13,051 nucleotides of DNA, from positions 1 through 13,051 of the forward strand of contig JBFRWD010000016.1 in the NCBI GenBank assembly GCA_051439425.1, read 5' to 3'. Origin of the DNA: Synechococcus sp. Its GTDB lineage: Bacteria; Cyanobacteriota; Cyanobacteriia; Thermostichales; PCC-7336. Below the pieces are notes generated by a model. It worked only from the letters and a program-made list of their open reading frames with translations, was not told where the DNA came from and did no database searches. Position 1 is the first letter of the stretch; the number at the start of each line of letters is the position of its first letter. Shown here piece by piece: positions 1 through 5,981 of the stretch. Position numbers and translations under genes: made by a program.

Positions 1-2
1 AA

Positions 3-1412
3 ATTTCTGAGCTGCCAGAAATCTTGCCACGACCCTTGCCGGCTGAACCTCGGGTGGTTTCTACAATTGTCTATGACACCATTGGCGCTCAATTGCTCCG
101 ACGCTTGGGGGGGCTGTTCTGGGGTGGAACTCCGGACTCGAACTTTAAAGCACTGCGGTCGGCCCTCGTCTTGGCCGCCTACGACGAGGAGGGTTTAACT
201 ATTCTCAATGTCATCCGCAAGTATCCCTTGCGAGATCTGCGCCTCAACCTCGATCCTGCCCTCACAGCCGCCAGCGATTTGCAAGATATTTTGGTCGACA
301 GCAAACGAATCTTTGCTTACGTCAACCAACAAGCCGCAACCGGAGTTTTATCTCGAGAGGAATTTCTGGCCAACCTCCCCGATCCTCGACAAGCCGGTTC
401 GCTCGAGTGGTCTAAAACAACCCTTCGTATCACCAATCCCGAACGGGATGCTGGTGACACTGTCTCCGTCGATTTATACGTACCTGACAATCACACTAGT
501 TCGGCACCATTAGTGGTCATTTCTCATGGCATGGCCTCTACTCGCAATACCTTTTCCTATCTGGCAGAACACCTCGCGTCCCAGGGAATGGTCGTCGCGG
601 CGATCGGACATCCGACTAGCGACGCCTTGCGGTACCAACAGTACATTGCTGGATTTGCAGAGGAACCGGACCCCCGTCTGGCTCTTCATAGACCTCTGGA
701 CATTACTGCCCTACTGAATGAGTTGGAACGGAATCCCACCTGGCAGGATCGAATTCAGACAGATCGCGTTGGAGTTATTGGCCAATCTCTTGGAGGCTAT
801 ACCGTCTTGGCCTCTGGGGGAGCAACGCTGGACTTCGAGCACCTCGAGCGGTCTTGCCGGGACTTCGAGCAGTCCATCCTGCCGTTCAATTTGTCGTGGC
901 TGCTGCAATGTCAGGTCCTGCGCCTGCCCGAGCAAGAGTACCAGCTACGTGACGAGCGCGTGGCTGCCATCTTGGCTATTAATCCGATTGGCAGCGCACT
1001 GTTTGGCCCCGATGGATTCTCGCAAATCCAAATTCCCGTCATGATGGTTGCTGGAACCAACGATTTCTTCGCTCCAGCAGTGAGCGAACAGATCGTGCCG
1101 TTCACATGGATGGAGACAGACGATCGATACCTGATGGTCGTTGAAAATGGCACCCATTTTTCCTTCTTGCCGGGTGACAGCGACGGTGAAGACGTGTTCA
1201 ATCTACCTGACATTCTGTTGGGCCCCGATCCTCAACTAGCCCACCCTGGAATGAAAGCCCTGGCGACTATTTTCATGCAGACCTACCTTGCCGAAAACGA
1301 AGAGTACCGGCCCTATCTGACCGAGTTTTCAATTTCTACACCGGACGGTGGCGAGTTTAATTTTGCATTGACAACCTCATTGACTGAAGCCGAACTCACC
1401 GTGGTTGAGTGA
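3..1412 (+). CDS. Alpha/beta hydrolase, cyanobacterial DUF1400 + dienelactone-hydrolase/PAF-AH-like type; 5'-partial
   Basis: Frame is open from base 3 (ATT TCT GAG CTG CCA GAA ATC TTG...), so the TTG at 24 is probably not the true start. Motifs: oxyanion segment VVISHG, nucleophile elbow GQSLGG (Ser codon 786-788), acid in AGTNDFF, His in NGTHFS. The N-terminal helical region (ALRSALVLAA...LTILNVIRKYP) resembles the second half of DUF1400. Confidence 0.9.
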   Translation: MSELPEILPRPLPAEPRVVSTIVYDTIGAQLLRRLGGLFWGGTPDSNFKALRSALVLAAYDEEGLTILNVIRKYPLRDLRLNLDPALTAASDLQDILVDSKRIFAYVNQQAATGVLSREEFLANLPDPRQAGSLEWSKTTLRITNPERDAGDTVSVDLYVPDNHTSSAPLVVISHGMASTRNTFSYLAEHLASQGMVVAAIGHPTSDALRYQQYIAGFAEEPDPRLALHRPLDITALLNELERNPTWQDRIQTDRVGVIGQSLGGYTVLASGGATLDFEHLERSCRDFEQSILPFNLSWLLQCQVLRLPEQEYQLRDERVAAILAINPIGSALFGPDGFSQIQIPVMMVAGTNDFFAPAVSEQIVPFTWMETDDRYLMVVENGTHFSFLPGDSDGEDVFNLPDILLGPDPQLAHPGMKALATIFMQTYLAENEEYRPYLTEFSISTPDGGEFNFALTTSLTEAELTVVE

Positions 1413-1526
1413 ATGAGAAGACTTCTCTCGCAGCGAGGTCGGACTGTTTCAACGAGAGGAGCTCGTCGAAGAGCTCTCGGATGAACGTAGCCTACATTCA
1501 CCGACGTACATAACGGAACTCGTCCC

Positions 1527-2822
1527 ATGCCTAATACCGTTGCGCTGATTGCCCACGATCGGAAGAAGCAAGATCTTGTCGCCCTTGCCAGGCAGTACCG
1601 TGCCACCTTATCCCGCTTTCACATCATTACTACCGACGGGACAGGACAAAGAATAGCCGAAGCAACGGGATTGCCAGTAGAGAGAGTCGCTTCTGGTGCA
1701 AGTGGAGGCGAGCTGCAAATTGCAGCTCGCGTTGTGGCGGGCGAGGTGTTAGGCGTTATTTTCTTGTCCGATCCAGTTGCACAACAGCCTCACGAACCCA
1801 ACATTGCACCCATTTTGAGGGTATGCGACATTCACAATGTTCCCTTAGCAACGAATTTAGCCACGGCAGAATTGGCCATTCGTGCCGTAGCGAAAACCCA
1901 AGTGGGCCACCTGATTTTTAATCCCGTCGCCGGACAGGGAGATCCCGATCTCGAGCTCGCCCTCATCCAGCAAATTTTGGAACCCGCCGTACGGCTGCAG
2001 ACCATCTTTACCCAGCCAGATATCGATCCCGCCGAACAAGCGAAAGAGGTCATCGAGGAGATTGCACATCGCCAGGACGGCAACAATACAGACTTCATCA
2101 TTGCCTCGGGGGGAGACGGAACCGTGTCGGCCATCGCCGGTGCGGCTATTTCTACCGGCGTGCCGCTAGGGGTAATTCCCAGAGGGACGGCCAACGCGTT
2201 TTCAGTTGCCTTGGGCATTCCGACAGACTTGCGGCGAGCTTGCGAAACCATTGCCGGTGGAAACACGCGGCAAGTGGATGCAGCCCGCTGTAACGATTTA
2301 CCGATGATTCTGCTGGCCGGAATTGGTTTCGAAGCGGGCATGGTGGAAAAAGCCGATCGCGACCTGAAAAATCGCTTGGGGCCCCTAGCCTACGTCCTGT
2401 CGGGAGCGCTGCAATTGTTTGAACAACAGCCGTTCAACGCCAAGGTGGAAATGGCCGACCGCACCATTGACCTCCAAACTGGTGCGTTGACGGTAGCCAA
2501 CGCCGCTCCAGCAACATCGGTGATGGCGCAGGGGTTCGGACAGGTGATTCCCGACGATGGATTGTTAGACGTCACGATTGCCTCAGTTCAGGGAGGGTTG
2601 CAAGGCCTGAATACCATGGCCGGTTTGTTTACCTCCGCGATTGTCAAAACACAATTTCAGCGGGAGGATACGCTCTGCCTGCGTACCGACAGAATCAAGG
2701 TGTTCACCGATCCCCCTCAGAAATTGGTTGTGGATGGCGAACTGGTCAACGCAAACCCCGTCGAATTTGTATGCATTCCCAAAGGGCTGACAATATTTGC
2801 CCCCCTCTCAACAGTCACGTAA
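1527..2822 (+). CDS. mgsA: Methylglyoxal synthase-like domain fused to a YegS/DAGK-family lipid kinase
   Basis: aa 1-~120 has the MGS pattern ALIAHDRKK, SGxxGGE(L)QI, FLSDP...PHEPN, HNVPLATNLATA. aa ~125-431 has the DAGK motifs FNPVAG, ASGGDGT, IPRGTANAF, AGIGFEA, DDGLLDV and VVDGE. The fusion is known in cyanobacteria. The symbol reflects homology; MGS activity is doubtful (see findings). Confidence 0.92.
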   Translation: MPNTVALIAHDRKKQDLVALARQYRATLSRFHIITTDGTGQRIAEATGLPVERVASGASGGELQIAARVVAGEVLGVIFLSDPVAQQPHEPNIAPILRVCDIHNVPLATNLATAELAIRAVAKTQVGHLIFNPVAGQGDPDLELALIQQILEPAVRLQTIFTQPDIDPAEQAKEVIEEIAHRQDGNNTDFIIASGGDGTVSAIAGAAISTGVPLGVIPRGTANAFSVALGIPTDLRRACETIAGGNTRQVDAARCNDLPMILLAGIGFEAGMVEKADRDLKNRLGPLAYVLSGALQLFEQQPFNAKVEMADRTIDLQTGALTVANAAPATSVMAQGFGQVIPDDGLLDVTIASVQGGLQGLNTMAGLFTSAIVKTQFQREDTLCLRTDRIKVFTDPPQKLVVDGELVNANPVEFVCIPKGLTIFAPLSTVT

Positions 2823-2833
2823 TCGTGCCGGCT

Positions 2834-3898
2834 CGGCACTGGTCTCGTAACTTGTAAAAGTGGAATCGAGGCATTGATGGGGGGTAGAGATGGAATGTCC
2901 CGATTGCCAGAGCCAGGCGGTAGTCAAAAACGGAAAGTACAACCTCAAGGACGGTAGTGCTGTTCAGCACCACCTATGTAAGGACTGTGGGAAGCGCTTC
3001 AGCGCTAAGACTGGCACTCCCATGTCCCGGTTGCGCACTCCAGCTGAGGTAGTCGCCATGGCCTTGAAGATGCGCAGCGAAGGTTTGGGAGTCAGAGCTA
3101 GCGGGAGAGTACTAGACAAATCTCATTCCGCCATTCTGCGATGGGAAGGCCGCGTCGCGGCTCAGGAAGACTCCTGGTCGCCGCCCGCCCCGGCCAACAG
3201 TGAAGTGAGTGTGGAGAATGACGAACTCTACACTCGGGTGGGCGAGAACCTTCCCCCCCAGTGAATCAGAGGGCTCGACCCTGACCAGCATCGAGAGAGA
3301 GAGCCGCTACTGGAGCGTAGCGCAAGCCGGATTGAGAGAGACCAAGTTATTCGAGCAGGGGGTGACCAAAGCGTGGCAGTGGGCTGCCCCTGCCCAATTC
3401 ATCCGGTTTTCAGTGATGGTGAACGTCGCTACGGCCAACAGCTCTGGAAATTGGCCGCGGTCTGGCTGAAGCGGCAGGAAAGGCCCGCCAGCTATAGGCA
3501 CCGCAAAGTGTGGCGGGAAGGGTTGGAGGTCGCCATCAAGATTAAGGGGTCCCAAGGCCGACCGCGACGGGTATGGCTAAAGCAAGAGCATCCCTTTACG
3601 GCCATTAGTCCAATGAAGGAAGTGCATGCCAATCATAATGAGGCTCACAACGCGAGTATTCGTCGACGATGTAGCGCCTATCGTCGTCGACAGAATCACT
3701 ACGCCAAGAGCCCATCTGGATTACAGCGAGCGATTGGCGTGCTACGACTGATCCACAATTGGGTTCGCCCCCACAGCGCATTCGGCAAGAGCACCACCCC
3801 AGCCATGAACATGGGATTCGTGGGGCAGGCGATGACAATGATGCAATTCCTCAACTCAAGAGGCTTTCAAGATTTCACAAATTAGTGGACCAGTGCCG
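2834..3898 (+). mobile_element. IS1-family insertion sequence, ~1065 bp
   Basis: IRL 2834-2859 (CGGCACTGGTCtcgTAAcTTGTaAAA) versus reverse complement of IRR 3873-3898 (CGGCACTGGTCcacTAAtTTGTgAAA): terminal 11 bp perfect, 21/26 identical. The repeats enclose a DDE transposase. No target-site duplication is visible. Confidence 0.9.
2890..3885 (+). pseudogene. IS1-family transposase split over three ORFs (frame breaks near 3253-3264 and 3407-3411)
   Basis: Zn ribbon CPDC...CKDC and HTH-like segment (GLGVRASGRVLDKSHSAILRW). The first D is in NDELYT (ORF 2890-3264), the middle part PPSESEG...ERESRYW is in ORF 3209-3469, and the second D in SDGERRY and the E in NHNEAHNASIRRR are in ORF 3373-3885. 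C-terminal HNWVRPH...TTPAM. Confidence 0.85.
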
Positions 3899-4085
3899 TA
3901 AATAACGTATTCATATCTACACGCTTTACTTTCTCGTAGAATGGTATGAGAGAGTATACACCTGGACCAATAACACGATACGTTTTACCAATTCTAAAGA
4001 TAACTGCACGTTCAGACTCTTTAATAATCAAAGTGCTGATAGCAATAAAGGCTATGAATATAGCTATCTAGATAAGCGCTGGCAT
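3899..4085 (-). pseudogene. SPFH/band-7 (stomatin/prohibitin/HflK-like) gene remnant, truncated at the IS
   Basis: Manual translation from the ATG at 4085 gives MPALI*IAIFIAFIAISTLIIKESERAVIFRIGKTYRVIGPGVYSLIPFYEKVKRVDMNTLF and then runs into the IS right end. A hydrophobic anchor followed by ERAVIFRxG...GPG...IPF...VD is the SPFH N-terminal pattern. In-frame TAG at 4068-4070. About 35% GC by hand count (63/180 over 3901-4080). Absent from the ORF track. Confidence 0.8.
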
Positions 4086-4310
4086 AGTTTTTTATTTTCT
4101 CGAAAAATCAGGAACGGACAATTCTATTTTAAGACTTGAGAAAAGGATAAATATTTGAAAAAGAAGTGAGTTGGGAGTTTTGTAAGATTACCGACATATA
4201 TCAACCGTTCCAGCCGTTACAAGAGACAAGCACTATAAATAGTGTTCCATCTGGGAGATTTCGCTCTTGTTTGGCCATCCAATCCCACACTACTTCTTCA
4301 CCTACTTTAC

Positions 4311-5981
4311 CTAACTCACAAGCAATAGAAGTAGCATTCCTAAGATGCCAGCAAAACCAACATAGTAGATAGTTGGCCACAGCACCTTGCGGATAAGTAC
4401 TCCCTCGCAACCCATCAGGCCGACCGTCGCCTCTGCAGCCACAATATTTGAAACGCAAATAATATTTCCTGCCGATGCTCCAACACATTGCAACCCCAAG
4501 ACAAAGGCTGTTGGCACACCAATTTGTACAGAAACCCCAAACTGAAATAAAGAAAACATCAAGTTGCTGACGGTAACACTACCCGCAACAAAAGACCCAA
4601 TCGTCCCTACTAGAGGGGCAAAGAAGGGCCAAGCCTGACCGGCAAGACTTGACATTCCTTCCGCCAGCGTCAAAGGCATACTCGCTAACCCCGAGCCATT
4701 CACACCAGAGTTGATAAAAACCCTAGCCATCAACACTGCTGCCCCTAGTGCCAATGTCGTTTTTCGTAATAAAGGAACTGCACCAGCGATTACTTTGCCG
4801 AAGACCACAGGCTTCATTTTGTGCAGAAAAAACGTAATTCCAACGACGAGAATAAAAACAGTCGGGGGTAAATAGAGTGGTTGAGTGATAATCGCGAGAT
4901 CGGTGCCCAAAATGCCAGTCCAGGTGAGCTTGAACGACTGTAGCCAACCTCGAAATGGTAAGAAATCTAGTCGTGACAGCATAAGCAGCAGTCCCAGTAA
5001 TACATAGGGCTCCCATGCTTGCCTTGCTGACAACCTATTTTTCTCGACGGAATTAGGCGCTTGCTCCCGAACTGACCATGCCTCTGGCCACTTCGTTGGC
5101 GAAGGAAAATCCCACAGCTCATCGGGGACTAAAAAGCCTTGGCGAGCAGCAGGTACAACGATAGCCAAACCCACCAAACCACCAATCAGCGTGGGAAATT
5201 CTGGGCCTAGTAATAACGCCGTCACTAGATAAGGCAGAGTAAACGCGAGTCCGGCAAAGATCGCAAACTTCCATATCGCAAGCCCTGCTCTCAGCGATCG
5301 CTCGACACCAAATCCCGCAGTTATAACCATGACCAATACCAGCGGCAAAAAAGTCCCGATAATGCCGTGAAAGATGCCCGCCCAGCGGCTGACCGCGAGT
5401 AGATATTCAGCTGGAGTCAGCCCTAATTCAGCCAAATGCTCTTGTACGCCAGGTACTCCACCAAGTCCAGCATCCACACCAATCAAAATAGGCGTACCTA
5501 CGGCACCAAAAGTCGAGGGAGTACTTTGAATAATCAGGGCGGCAATGACAGCAGCCATTGCAGGAAATCCAATAGTCACGAGTAAGGGCACTGTAATGAC
5601 TGCAGGTGTGCCAAACCCTGAAGCCCCCTCAATAAAGCTGCCAAATAGCCAAGCGATGATGATGACTTGCACCCGCCGATCTCGAGATATCCCCAATAAG
5701 CTTTGACGAATCGCATCAATAGCTCCTGACTCTTGCAGGGTATTGAGCAACAAAATAGCTCCAAAAACTATGTAGAGGATCTCAGCCGCCGCCACCAATC
5801 CCTGCAAGCTAGAGGCAACAACTTCGACAATAGGGACCTGCCATACCAACAACGCGATCGCAACGGTAACCAAGTAGGCAACGGGCATCGCTTGTCCGGC
5901 TGGACGGCGAGCCACAACGAGTAATAGAAAGACAGTCGCAATCGGAATCAGAGCAATAAGCGAGAATAATAGTGATTCCAC
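4311..5981 (-). CDS. L-lactate/glycolate permease (LctP/LldP/GlcA family)
   Basis: 556-aa polytopic membrane protein. Family motifs: [89 protein letters not shown] start with a GAGGG SD-like sequence upstream. Confidence 0.95.
   Translation of the reverse strand: MESLLFSLIALIPIATVFLLLVVARRPAGQAMPVAYLVTVAIALLVWQVPIVEVVASSLQGLVAAAEILYIVFGAILLLNTLQESGAIDAIRQSLLGISRDRRVQVIIIAWLFGSFIEGASGFGTPAVITVPLLVTIGFPAMAAVIAALIIQSTPSTFGAVGTPILIGVDAGLGGVPGVQEHLAELGLTPAEYLLAVSRWAGIFHGIIGTFLPLVLVMVITAGFGVERSLRAGLAIWKFAIFAGLAFTLPYLVTALLLGPEFPTLIGGLVGLAIVVPAARQGFLVPDELWDFPSPTKWPEAWSVREQAPNSVEKNRLSARQAWEPYVLLGLLLMLSRLDFLPFRGWLQSFKLTWTGILGTDLAIITQPLYLPPTVFILVVGITFFLHKMKPVVFGKVIAGAVPLLRKTTLALGAAVLMARVFINSGVNGSGLASMPLTLAEGMSSLAGQAWPFFAPLVGTIGSFVAGSVTVSNLMFSLFQFGVSVQIGVPTAFVLGLQCVGASAGNIICVSNIVAAEATVGLMGCEGVLIRKVLWPTIYYVGFAGILGMLLLLLVS

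Noticed and set aside
4219..4270. Nested inverted repeats (ACAAGAG/CTCTTGT, CACTAT/ATAGTG) downstream of the permease
   Set aside because: Short arms, irregular spacing and no U-tract; too weak to call a terminator or RNA.
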